Below, one piece after another: positions 47,640-59,450 of a stretch of DNA of 64,000 nucleotides (positions are counted from its first letter, which is position 1; every line of letters starts with the position of its first letter). The notes beneath the pieces are model-generated. The model ran no database searches, was not told the origin of the DNA, and saw nothing but the letters and a program-made list of their open reading frames with translations. Source of the DNA: Squalus acanthias (lineage: Eukaryota); contig CM059432.1 of the NCBI GenBank assembly GCA_030390025.1, forward strand, positions 73,534,001 through 73,598,000. Reading direction: 5' to 3'. Made by a program: the position numbers and the translations under genes.

Positions 47640-48040
47640 GCTTTCTGGACTCAACACTGAGTTCAACAATTTCAGATCATAACCTCTGCCCCCATTTTTT
47701 CAGATGGCATCTGTTGATGATTCTGCCATTCCCATTTACACCTCCTCTAGACCCATCTTTTGTTTCTTTACTTGTCCCAATACCATCTCCTTTTGCCTCG
47801 CACCATTATCCCTTTTGTCATTTAATCTCTGCTGCCTTCCACCCTATCACAGACCTCCCCTTTTGTTCATTCCTCCCCATCCCACTTTCCCTGCCTCTGT
47901 ACTTGCTTAAGACCGGTTATATCTCTAACCTTTTCCAGTTCTGATGAAAGGTCACCAATCTGAAACGTTAACTCTGTTTCTCTCTCCACAGATGCTGCCT
48001 GATCAACTGAGTATTTCCAGCATTTTCTATTTTTATTATA
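47640..48040 (+). mobile_element. Penelope-like element 3' end
   Basis: ORF tail SGLNTEFNNFRS* typical of PLE GIY-YIG C-termini, pyrimidine-rich UTR, hammerhead motif. Confidence 0.75.
47937..47973 (+). ncRNA. Minimal type I hammerhead ribozyme motif
   Basis: AGTT-CTGATGA-A-AGGT(cacca)ATCT-GAAA-C-GTT-AACT: both core boxes, stem I AGTT/AACT, palindromic AACGTT in place of stem III. Confidence 0.65.
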
Positions 48041-51000
48041 GAAGAAGGCTGATGGGTGTACACACTCAAATGCTTGGAAAGCCTGCCAGAAAGCCTACGC
48101 TCAATGTCAAGGAGCTTGGAGGAGTCCAGCATCAACTTGGCACATGGCTTTGCGCAGAGCTTGGAGCCTGTCACCTCCATCAGCACACCTCTCGAACCCA
48201 CCATGATACAGTGTCTGATGGTCGATGTCACAGCTGCCATTGCAGCACAAGCAACTTCCATCAAAGGTCTGAGTGCTGCAGTGGAAGCTCAGACTGCTGT
48301 ATGGATACTACTGTTCAAAGGGGCTTCCAGGGCCTCGCAGCAGTCCATCAATCTGTTTTCCAACAGATCAGTAGGATTGCTGAGATGCTGCCCCGGAGAG
48401 TGGCAGTGGCTCCGTGGAGCACAAACCTGCTGTCCTCTCTCAGGATGACGGCATTCGTGCTCCCACCCCTGCCACTCCGTCAGTGCTCTAGCTGTTGCCT
48501 GTCAGCCAGCCAGCCCAGACTACTGCGGCACAGGCTGAGATGGTGCAGTCTGAAGCTGAGCCTTCTAGGTCCAGAGCTCCTCAAGGTCGTCCTGCAGGGA
48601 TATCTGCAGTCTCTCCCCATAAAGTCAGCAGCCTTCCGCCAGCCATGCTGCAGCCACTGGGGTAGCACTTCGTAGGAGCACTAGAATAGGCAAAGGTACA
48701 CACAGGACAGTCACTAAGGGAATGCACAAGGGTGATTAGTTGATTTTTTGATGTAATATTGGATAGATAGATGTATAAAGTTGGATTTGAATGTTTGCTT
48801 TGTCGTGGCTTTTATTTCAGCATTGTGGCCAAGAGGATGCTGTGATGGTCAGCAACAGAGGAAAGGTAAGGTGTGGGACAAATGTAGAATGGGAAATTAG
48901 GGTTGTGTTCACTCGTACCGCTGGCAGATGATTTGAACCCAGATCTTCCAGCCAGAAAGGGGCTGTCCGGGTTGCCGCTTTCCTTCTGCTTCCTCCTCCT
49001 CCTCCTCTTTCACTTTTATTTCCTCCTCTTCCTCAGCTGGTGGCCATATCCCTGGTGGCAAAGGCTGTGCCCTCATGATGGCCAGGTTGAAGATGATACA
49101 GCAGACCACCACCACGAATTGGGACACATGCTACAGTGAGTACTGTGGGGCTCCTCCAGAGCAGGGGAACAGTTTCTTCAGCATCCCAATGGTCTGCTCT
49201 ATGGTGTTTCATGTGGCAGCATGGCTCTCATTGTACGCATGCTGCCCACGTGTGGTTGGGTTGTGGAGTGGAGTCATGGGCCAGGTGGTCAAGGGAAAAC
49301 CCTTGTCGCTCAGTAGCCACCTTCTGGTTTGTCTTGGTGGCTCAACAACTGAGGGAACAGCGGACTGGCACAGAATAAAAGCATCTTGACTGCTGAAAGG
49401 ATACTGGTCATTCAACATCATGATATGCTGAGCATGGTCGCACACCAACTGCACATTCAGCAAGTGGTAAACTATGCAGTTGCGGTACATCTCAGCATTT
49501 AGATCCTTCTTCTTCTTCTTCTTCTTGGGCAGTCCCTCGGAACCGAGGATGACTTGCTTTCACACTAAAAATGAGTTATCAGGTGACTGATGAGTCCAAT
49601 GCGGGACCTACAGTCTCTGTCACAAGTGGGGCAGACGGTGGTTGAAGGGGTGGGTGAGTGGGGTGCTTAGGTTGACGTGCGCTCCTTCCACTGTTTGAGC
49701 TTGGCTTCTGCTTGCTCTCGGCGAAGAGACTCAAGATGTTCGGCGCCTTCCCAGATGCTTCTCCTCCACTTTGTGCGGTCTTGGGCCAGGGATTCCCAGG
49801 TGCCGGTGGGGATGTTGCACTTTTTCAAGGAAGCTTTGAGGGTGTCCTTGAAGCGTTTCCTCTACCCACCTATGGCTCTCTTGCCGTGTCGGAGCTCCGA
49901 GTAGAGCACTTGTTTTGGGAGTCTCGTATCGGGCATGCGGACGATGTGGCCCGTCCATCGGAGCTGATCGAGCGTGGTCAAAGCTTCGATGCTGGGGATG
50001 TTGGCCTGAGCGAGAACACTGACGTTGGTGTGCCTATCCTGCCAATTGATTTGCAGGATCTTGCGGAGGCAGCGTTGGTGGTACCTCTCCAGTGCTTTGA
50101 GGTGCCTGCTGTACATGGTCCATGTCTCTGAAGCATACAGGAGGGCGGGTAGCACTACTGCTCTGTAGACCATGAGCTTGGTGCTGGGTTTGAGGTCCTG
50201 GTCTTCGAACACTCTCTTCATCAGGCGACCGAAGGCTGCACTGGCACACTGAAGGCGGTGTTGGACTTCGTCATCGACGTCTGCCCTTGTTGACAGTAGG
50301 CTCCCGAGGTATGGAAAGTGGTTCACGTTGTCCAAGGCCTCGTCATGGATTTTGATAATCGGGGAGCAGTACTGTGTGGCAGGGGCAGGTTGGTAGATGA
50401 CCTTTGTCTTACGGATGTTTAGTGTAAGGCCCATGCTCTCGTACGCTTCGGTGAAGGTGTTGACGATGGTTTGGGGTTCGACCTCAGAGTGTGCGCAGAC
50501 GCAAGCATCATCTGCATACTGTAATTCGATGACAGAGGATGGGATGACCTTGGATCTGGACTGGAGGTGACAGAGGTTGAACAGTTTTCCGTTTGTTCTG
50601 TAGATTAGCTCCACTCCAGCGGGGAGCTTACTGAGGGTGAGATGGAGCATTGCAGCCAGGAAGATCGAGAAGAAGCATTTAGATACAGAGCCCGCAAAGC
50701 CACGTGTGTGCAGTCGATGGCGCCCTGCCTGGGGAAGTCCGCTATCCTGGCAAAGCCATGGGCATGCTCCGCCTGCTTCTCTCTGGTCAGCCTTCTTCTA
50801 TAATGAATTCCCCTCTCCTGGCATAAAGAGCTTCTGTCACCTCTCTTATGCAGCAGTGGACGGCGAACTGTGAGATGTTATAGATGTCGTCTGATCCAGC
50901 CTGGAAGGATCCCGACGCAAAGAAATTCAGGGCCACGGTCACCTTCACAAACTCTAGCAGCGCTGTCCTTGCCTTGGTGTGAGGCTGCAGGTCTGGTTGG

Positions 51001-51743
51001 AAGAGGTGGCAGAGTTCCGTGAGCACCTCCTTCGTAAAGCGCAGATGCCTCACACACTGCTCCTGGCTCAAGTTGAGGAAGACCCTAAGTGGGTAAGGCC
51101 TCCTGCTGAGAGCTCTTCTCCCCTTCCTCCTCCTCCTACCTCTGCAAGCAGCTTGTCCTCTTCTTTTCTGCCTCTGCTCCATCTCCCGGTCATGCTGCAG
51201 GCCAAGGGGGATGACAACTAGAGTGCACATGACTTGGAGCAAGTGGTCTGACCAGAACCCTTGAAGTCAGAAGCAAGGACTTCTCCACTTGCAGCACCAC
51301 TTCCTGTCACATCACCAACTTTAAATAACTCTCGAAAGTTCCAGACACTTCCACAAAGTTACACAGAGCCAGTAGAAATCAAAAAGCAAGTTACCTGAAA
51401 GTTGTTCATGATCCCTTTAACTAGCACTGGTGGGGGGTGTCCTTCCTGCTGCTGAACACCTGTTCAGCTGTGCGAGGTCAACACAGGGAGTTAGTTCCAC
51501 TGATGGCGACAAAAATGGCAGCGCTGGCATCAAATCAGCATTGCACACTGACTGACGTCACGATCTGCCTACTTACCATACTTCCAGCGCATGCTCCTAA
51601 TGGCGGCCCTACCGCCCTCAACAAGGTAGCAACCGGCGCGGCCCACACCAGAAATATGCATACACTGCTCAGACACCATTTTAGACCCAATTCAGCACCC
51701 ACAGCGCCCAAATAACTGGCGCTACGGAACCGAATTTCTGTCT
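48041..51743. mobile_element. Harbinger subfamily B copy: Myb exon 3 remnant (+, 48041-48720) and transposase remnant (-, about 48905-51240)
   Basis: [47 protein letters not shown]; terminus CCGAATTTCTGTC. Confidence 0.8.
49505..50673 (-). mobile_element. 5'-truncated RTE-clade LINE
   Basis: ELQYADDAC, FPYLGS, LLYASETW, QLRWTGH; (GAA)n tail; 11-bp TSD AGCATTTAGAT (49494-49504, 50674-50684). Confidence 0.92.
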
Positions 51744-53645
51744 TTTATAGTCAGTCAGTGGAAAATGACATTTAGAAATCTGCAAACAGCCTAGAATTAC
51801 ATTAAAATATCTGACACAAATCTATACAATATTCAAAAATAACAATAATATCCAATCAGGTCAAATATCTGTCGGTTTGATTTCCTCTGTGTGCTACTTT
51901 TAGCACACTGGTCAACACATTTAGATAAATTCCTGTCTGTGCTATTTAAGCAGTCATTAACACATTCAATTTGAATGGGTTAACACCGGCATTAGCGCAC
52001 AAAGGCAATTAAACAGACTGAACTTAAAGGGGAATTCTTTTAACCCTCAAACCTTTTTATCTCCCTCTTGTATTTTGAAAGTTATTTTGTTCCTCCTTGT
52101 AGGTTTGTTACCACCTGTGCTACATATCAGTCCTGATCTGATTGGTTGGGCAGTCGGTCTGCCTTAAGGGCTTTGCCAATTTTACTTTGCAATCAGACCT
52201 CATTGCTTTCACATAGCATCCAGTTACCCCTGCCTGAACCAGATTTCTCTCTTACTCACTGTCTCCCACTACATAAAGCACAAGGATAGCCTAGCTTGAT
52301 ATTGGAGGGTGCACCAAAATATTTCACCTAAAGTTACCTCAAGGCCATCACCAAAGCTAATTCATTGGTTGGCCTTAGGCAATAAAGAAGTACACTTGAA
52401 TAAACATAATTAAGTGAAATAAATTTAAGTAGCATAAATAGGTTCAATTCCCTCTATTTAGTAATGTAAGTTTTGCTATGAAGCAGATATCTAGTTTTAT
52501 TAGTGACTAGTTGGATTAATAGGGTATGAAGTAATTAATGATTCTTGTCTCCATTTTCAGTTTCATAAATGTTATATTGTCATTATATTTTATAATAACG
52601 ACATTGAAACCAGATAGTTTCTACAAATTATCATTGATATAATTATATTTATTTATTTAATAAGCTGGAGTAGCTGTAAATATAAATAACAAATATCATT
52701 CTGTAAATCAAGCAAGTTATGAATGTCTGTAGAATCCGGAGATTGAATTTGATCCTTGCATTCACTGTGAACTATTTGTTATTCCTATATTGCAGCAAGA
52801 GTCTGTGGGCTGGATTTTCTCAATGGAGATGAGTTGGAGGCGGGACTGCTGCTTGTCGAGTCAATGTCCCGTATCCATCATCTTCTGACCAACCAGAGGG
52901 ATTTTCCCCTGATTGACCTTGTTAAGCCCGCCCTGTGGGCTCAGCAGGCCAATTAGGGGGGAAGTCACTGACAGAGCATGTCGATGTCTGACGTGCTATC
53001 TGTCAAGACTTCTTGAAAGAAGAAATGTCAGCGTTTGACAGCTCTACGAAGCTGTCAAATGCTGACATTCTCTGTAGTTCGATAAGTCCTTGTGTTCAGG
53101 ACTCATCAAACCTTTCGGGCTCGATTTTGCTAAGCCCGAGGAGGCGGGAATGGAGGCGTGTGGGGAGTTAAAATAGCAAAAAATGGCGGGCGACCACGGT
53201 CCTGCCTCCATCCCGCCTCCGAGCAATTTTCCAAAATCGGGGGGTTCCAATCCCGACTCTGTCCCGCCTCCAAGAGGCGGGATAGGCCTTTAAGGCCCTT
53301 AACAGCCACTTAGGAGCCTCTAAAATGCCATTTTGACAGCCCTTTGTGAGTTTAACCCTGTTTCCACATGAAGCACACGTCCTCTGAACCACGACGGTGA
53401 AACCTGACAGTTTCTCATTTGGATAGCTGACTTTCAGCTGTAGCTCCACCATTAAAAAGGAGTTTGAGCAATCATCATTTGCAGGTGGCAGAACTTTGTT
53501 GTCTCAGCTCTGGGGGAACTTTTATCAGCCATAAGCATTGGTGTGGAAGTTTGGAGCCTGACACCCATCTCCAGTGTGACCTCCTGGGAAACCCCTCTCG
53601 CCACCTTCACTGAGCGCTTCCTCAACTGAGGCATATACCAGAAGC

Positions 53646-54872
53646 ATGGGTACCATTACTTTCCTTTCCTCCTGGACATCAGATGAGGACGAGGAGCAGC
53701 CGCGGCAGCAGCCGAACCGTGACCAACAGCAGCGCCAACAGTAGCACCAACAGCAGCAGCTCCAAGCTGCTGCTCACCCACCTGAAGCTGCACAGGCCAG
53801 AGGGCGCCAGCGCTTGGAAGCACGATGGCGCAGGAGATACCCCCAAAACAGGGTCTACAGACAGAGGATCAGCTACCTCAGCATGACTGAACAGCAGTGC
53901 CAAAGGCGGCTCCAACTTTCGCGGGAGGCAGTGGGTGTCCACCTGCAGCCCAGAGGAGCAGGTGGACACCCCTTACCAGTGGCCGTCAAGGTCACCACCG
54001 CTCTCAACTTTTTTGCCACAGGCTCATTCCAGGGATCAGCTGCAGACATCAGTGGCATTTCGCAGGCGGGCGCACACACCTGCATCACACAGGTAACCGA
54101 TGCCATCTTTGCCCTCGCTCACAATCACATCCATTTCTCCAAGGATCGACCAAGTGTCAGGGTGCGTGCGGTTGGATTTGCTCATCTGGCAGACTTTCCA
54201 AGGGTGCAGGGCATCGTGGACTGCACACACGTGGCCCTTAAGGCACCCCATCGCAATCCAGGTATTTTTGTCAACCGCAAGGGCTTCCACTCCCTCAACG
54301 TGCAGCTGGTGTGTGACCACAAGAAGTAAATTTTGCATGTTTGCGCCAAGTACCCTGGCAGTTGCCATGACTCCCTCATACTGCGCCAGTCTAGTGTGCC
54401 TCTGCTCTTCAGTCCGCCAGACCAACTTAACGGATGGCTACTTGGAGACAAGGGCTATCCCCTGAAGACATGGCTAATGACGCCGTTGAGGAGCCCATCC
54501 AACGAGGCTGAGGAGTGCTACAACTCCAGCCACATTTCCACCAGATCCATAATCGAGCAAACCATTGGCTTGCTAAAGATGCGCTTCAGATGCCTGGATA
54601 GATCAGGTGGAGCCCTGCAATACTCAGCAGCCAGGGTCTCCAGAATCGTCGTGGTTTGCTGTGCACTTCACAACATGGCACAGCGTCGTGGCCTGCAGAT
54701 TCCTGAGGACCAAGTGGCTCATCACATAGCCTCCTCAGATGATGAGGAGGAGGAGGAGGAGGAGGGCGACAACGGTCATCCTGCAGAGGCGCATCAACCA
54801 GCGGTAGGAGTACGCGAGCACATTGCTGCCCGGAATGCAAGGAATGCACTCATCCTGGCCAGATTTGCTTAG
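53646..54872 (+). pseudogene. Harbinger DDE transposase with a stop at 54327-54329 and upstream indels
   Basis: [39 protein letters not shown], acidic tail, LILARFA*. Confidence 0.92.
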
Positions 54873-55129
54873 CCTAGCCAATCAAGCATTTCGGACTCGC
54901 AGCTTCTTACCAGAGCTTCGACAATGGCCAAGAACCAGCAGATTCCTAGCACTCTGAGCACCATACTGACAAGTGCAAGTCATCCTAATCCCTCAATGTG
55001 GAAGTCCCATCAGCGATATGACAAACGCTACAAGGGCACCAGTTGCCATCTGATTTTTTATTTACATGAAACGACAGATGGCTTGTCCACAATAAACATA
55101 ACATTTCACCCAAGTGACTACCCTTGTAA

Positions 55130-57123
55130 CTATTTCTGCAGCATCTTTCTCTTACGCGTGCTCCTACGCAGTGGTTCCCCTGTGGCTTCAGCAGATATGG
55201 AGGCCCCTTGCTCACTTTCTTGCTGCTCCTGTCTCGACTCCTTTGGCGGGCATCCTCTGGGCTTGCGAACCTGTGAGGGCTCGGCAACAGTCTGCTGCTC
55301 CTGCTGCTGAGCAGGGGTTGAGACGCCGATCTCAGTTGGGTGTGGACTCTGGTGGGGCTCTGACCGAGGGCTCTGCAGTGGCATGGTCGTGTGAGCGCTT
55401 GGAGAGGAGCCCCCACTTCCTTGTTCTCTGCCACCAACATCCCTCTCATGGGTCAGCCCCACTTCAGAGCTAGCAAGTGGCTTGACAGCACCTTGTTGCA
55501 CTTCAGGGGGGCCATTAGGACCCGTTTCTATACTGGAAGTCCTACTGGTGAGGACTTGCCTGAAGGTCTGGTTTGATTGCTCAATAGCTGACCATCGCTC
55601 CTCAAGAGATGTCATTCTATTCTGAGCAAATACCATGGTTTCCATACCCTGGCGACTAAGCTCCTCCATGGACGTAGCCATCCTCTCCACTACCGTAGAC
55701 AACCTCTCCTCTATCGTTGCCATCCTCTCCTCTACGGTAGTCAGCCTTACCATGGAGGTAGACATCCTTTCCACGTAGGTTGCCATCCTTTCCGTGGTGA
55801 TGCGCTCATGTGCCAACGCCTCCACAAAGGTTCTGCTCATGCTAGCGAGGGACTCCTCCATTCGCACCACACTCGCAGCGACCCTGGAGACAAAACCTGC
55901 CAGAGACTCCTGCACCTCTTCCTGGAGGCAGAGGGTCGCCATGCAGCTGAGCTGAGCTGGGAGAGTCCTGCGCCCTCCGACTGGGACTCTCCACTGCTGT
56001 CCCTGTCTCCACCATCTGCTGATGCTCACTTGTGAGCTGTGATACACCAGGTGACAACACTACTCTATGTCCCGAGGGTCCCACCGAGGTGTGAGTGTCT
56101 GCGCTGTTGCTGGGTGGGCTGAATTCTGCTGACGCTGCGCCCTCAGAGGTTGCAGCTTCCTCTGAGGAGTCTGGAGGTTCCGGATGTTCCTCCTCGAGAG
56201 TGGGGACGAGGGCTTGTGATGGTCCTGTGGGGGAGTAAAGGAAAGAGTCAGAGATGTGAGGCCAAGGTTACATGCACATTGAATATTGCAGAGGATCATA
56301 AGTCAATCTGTTAGAGCATCAGATTCATTATCAGCGACTCATGCAATGTCAATGAGAGAGATGAAAAACTCTTCTTTCACCAGCTTGCTCGGCTATACCC
56401 GTCTGTCCGTCCCCCACTTGTGCATCGTCCTCGACCCCGACTATCTGCAGGGCCGCCTCCTCCCAAGTCGTGAGCTGGGCTATGCAGGGTGGCCCTCCTC
56501 CTGTCCTCGCTCGTTCCCTTTTATTGTGGGCTCTCTTTTCCTGCAATGAGGGAGACAAGTGGAGTTTGAGTGAGAATGAAGGAGTGAGTGTAGAGAATCC
56601 ATAGCATAGATGCTTAGAAGGAGACAAAGATGGAGTGAGGTGGCAAGACCAAGGGCCCTCCCTGTGCGTTGTAAGTTGTTGTCATAGCAACACAGTGATA
56701 GGAAGTGTGAGGGCTGCATTGTCGAATAGTTAGGTGAATGTGAACATACAGAGAGAGGGAATGGGTAAAGGGGCAGGGATGTCAGTGTCAAGTGGGATGT
56801 GGAGGAAGAGGTTGTCAAAGCTGAGTGCTGGAGAGGAGAGGCAATGGGGATGAGATTGAGGGTGATGGGAAAGTCATACTCACTTTTCCAGTGCGTATAA
56901 GGTCATGGAACCTCTTCCTAAACTGAAGCCAGGTCCGGGGTATCTGCGCCAAGGAGGACACCTCCTGGGCCACTTGAAGCCACACAGCCTTTGTCTGTTG
57001 GGGAGGCTTCTTCTTCCCCGAGGAAGGGAAGAGCACCTCTTTGTTAGCTCCTGCTCCCTCTATCAAAGCTTGCAGGGCGATGGCCTCGAATCTCGGGGCA
57101 GACTTAGGTCTGCTGAAACTCAT
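55130..57123 (-). pseudogene. Myb/SANT-like accessory gene, exons 57123-56884, 56540-56381, 56224-55130
   Basis: Exon 1 (240 nt) and exon 2 (160 nt) open with GT-AG junctions; deletion/frameshift near 55930 in exon 3. Confidence 0.88.
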
Positions 57124-57928
57124 TTTGCTACTACTTTCATGTGGTTGCTAATACAGAAAGCTTGGCAGTCTGCAGAAGAAGCAAGGCTTCTTGCAGACCT
57201 TAAATGCAGCAGCAATGATGACGTCATCGGACCCGACTTTCAGACTGGAAAAACTAATTGGGCCAGGGTTCCCACACGCAGGAAATCAATTGCCCAATTC
57301 GGGGAAAATTCATTCTTATCCACACATCCAATTGGAGTCGGGTGGAGACCACGATTTCCACCTGACACGACCCCAGCCCGACCCATTGACAAAATCCAGC
57401 CCTTCAACTTTGTAGATTTCAGATGGCTGTTGGGTCGGAGGATCCAACAGCCAGTCTGTGAAATCAACAAGGAAAATGTCGGGTCTCTCGATCCAGGGTG
57501 GATGAAGGCTGTGGACAGAAAGCAAGGTAAGTGAAGATTTTATAACACTTAACACTCACCTTCCATACTTACCACTCCGCACTTGCACCCAGCACTCACC
57601 TCTACATCTTACTTTCAGATTCCTCCGACCCCCGCAGACCTCCTACTCGACTCCTCCAACCCGGTGGGGTTCTCCGAGGTCGGGAAGCCTTCACCTGTCA
57701 AGGTAAAATGGCACTAATCCTTTTTACTGCCTGTTAACGCAGTTAAAAGGATTTAATCCCTTTCCTGCCTCCAGGAGACGGGACCCGAAGCTGCACATAT
57801 TCCCGCCTCCTGGCAAAAGAGCACAGAGGCGGGATGGGGGCAGGTTTGCCATCCGCCCCCACTTTCTGCTACTTTACCAGCAGTCCTGCCTCCATTCCCG
57901 CCTCCTCGGGGCTGGCAAAATCCAGCCC

Positions 57929-59278
57929 ATAGAATCATAGAAATTTACAGCACGGAAGGAGGCCATTTCGGCCCATCGTGTCCGCGCCGGCCGACAAAGA
58001 GCTATCCGGCCTAATCCCACTTTCCAGCTCTTGGTCTGTAGCCCTGTAGGTTACTTCAAGTGCACATCCAAGCACTTTTTAAATGTGGTGACGGTTTCTG
58101 CCTCTACCACCCTTTCAGGCAGTGAGTTCCAGACCCCCACCACCCTCTGAGTGAAGAAATTTCCCCTCAAATCCCCTCTAAACCTCCTACCAATTACTTT
58201 AAATCTATGTCCCCTGGTTGATGGCCCCTCTGCTAAGGGAAATAGGTCCTTCCTATCCACTCTATCTAGGCCCCTCATAATTTTATACACCTCAATAAGG
58301 TCTCCCCTCAGCCTCATCCGTTCCAAAGAAAACAAACCCAGCCTATCCAATCTTTCCTCATAGCTAAAATTCTCCAGTCCAGGCAATATCCTCGTAAATC
58401 CCCTCTGTACCCTCTCTAGTGCAATCACATCTTTCCTGTAATGTGGTGACCAGAACTGCACACAGTACTCTAGCTGTGGCCTAACTAGTGTTTTATACAG
58501 TTTAAGCATAACCTCCCTGCTCTTGTATTCTATGCCTCGGCTAATAAAAGCAAGCATTCCGTATGCCTTCTTAACCACCTTATCTACTTGGCCTGCTACC
58601 TTCAGGGATCTGTGGACCTGCACTCCAAGGTCCCTTTGTTCCTCTACACTTCTCAGTGTCCTACCATTTAATGTGTATTCCCTTACCTTGTTAGCCCTCC
58701 CCAAATGCATTACCTCACACTTCTCTGGATTGAATTCTATTTGCCACTGTTCTGCCCACCTGACCAGTTCATTGATATCTTCCTGCAGTCTACAGCTTTC
58801 TTCTTCATTATCAACCACACAGCCGATTTTAGTATCATCTGCAAACTTCTTAAACATACCCCCTACATTCAAGTCTAAATCATTGATATATACCACAAAA
58901 AGCAAGGGATCTAGTACTGAGCCCTGCGAAACCCCACTGGAAACAGCCTTCCAGTCACAAAAACACCCATCAACCATTACCCTTTGCTTCCTGCCTCTGA
59001 GCCAATTTTGGATCCAACTTGCCACTTTGCCCTGGATCCCATGGGCTTTTACTTTCGTGACCAGTCTGCCATGTGGGACCTTATCAAAAGCCTTGCTAAA
59101 ATCCATATACACTACATCAAATGCACTACCCTCATCGACCCTCTTTGTTACCTCCTCAAAAAATTAAATCAAGTTAGTCAGACATGACCTTCCCTTAACA
59201 AATCCATGCTGACTGTCCTTGATTAATCCGTGTCTTTCTAAATGAAGATTTATCCTGTCCCTCAGAACTTTTTCCAAT
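57929..59278 (-). mobile_element. 5'-truncated CR1 LINE (second subfamily) with open RT frame 58051-59112
   Basis: YMDFSKAFD, QGSVL, FADD, NFFTQRVV; (TTCTATGA)n tail. Confidence 0.93.
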
Positions 59279-59450
59279 ACTTAGTTAAGTAATGGGCTAA
59301 CGAAGTTGACAATTGAACTGATAGGGGGCGGGTTTGGAGGCAGGAAAGGCGGGAAAATCGCAAAAAATGAGAGCGGGTTCAGAACCCGCCTCCGTGCAAT
59401 TTTGCCGGTGCCGGTTTTGCAGGGTGGGAAACGGTCCCGCCTCCAGCAGC

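Larger units (their letters stand above)
53117..57402. mobile_element. Full-length Harbinger subfamily A transposon (decayed)
   Basis: TIR GGGCTCGATTTTG / CAAAATCCAGCCC; TSD TTC (53114-53116, 57403-57405); both genes present. Confidence 0.93.
52807..57928. mobile_element. Harbinger MITE (52807-53116 plus 57406-57928) hosting a full-length Harbinger
   Basis: TIR GGGCTGGATTTT / AAAATCCAGCCC; flanking trinucleotides do not match (TGT vs ATA). Confidence 0.7.

Noticed and set aside
52260..52327. Possible minus-strand exon ending ACA|GTGAGT
   Set aside because: Acceptor lacks a pyrimidine tract and its open phase does not follow the 63566 donor
58523..59167. Antisense ORFs over CR1/LINE RT regions (also 7082-7348, 33928-34209)
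   Set aside because: Shadow frames of RT coding sequence
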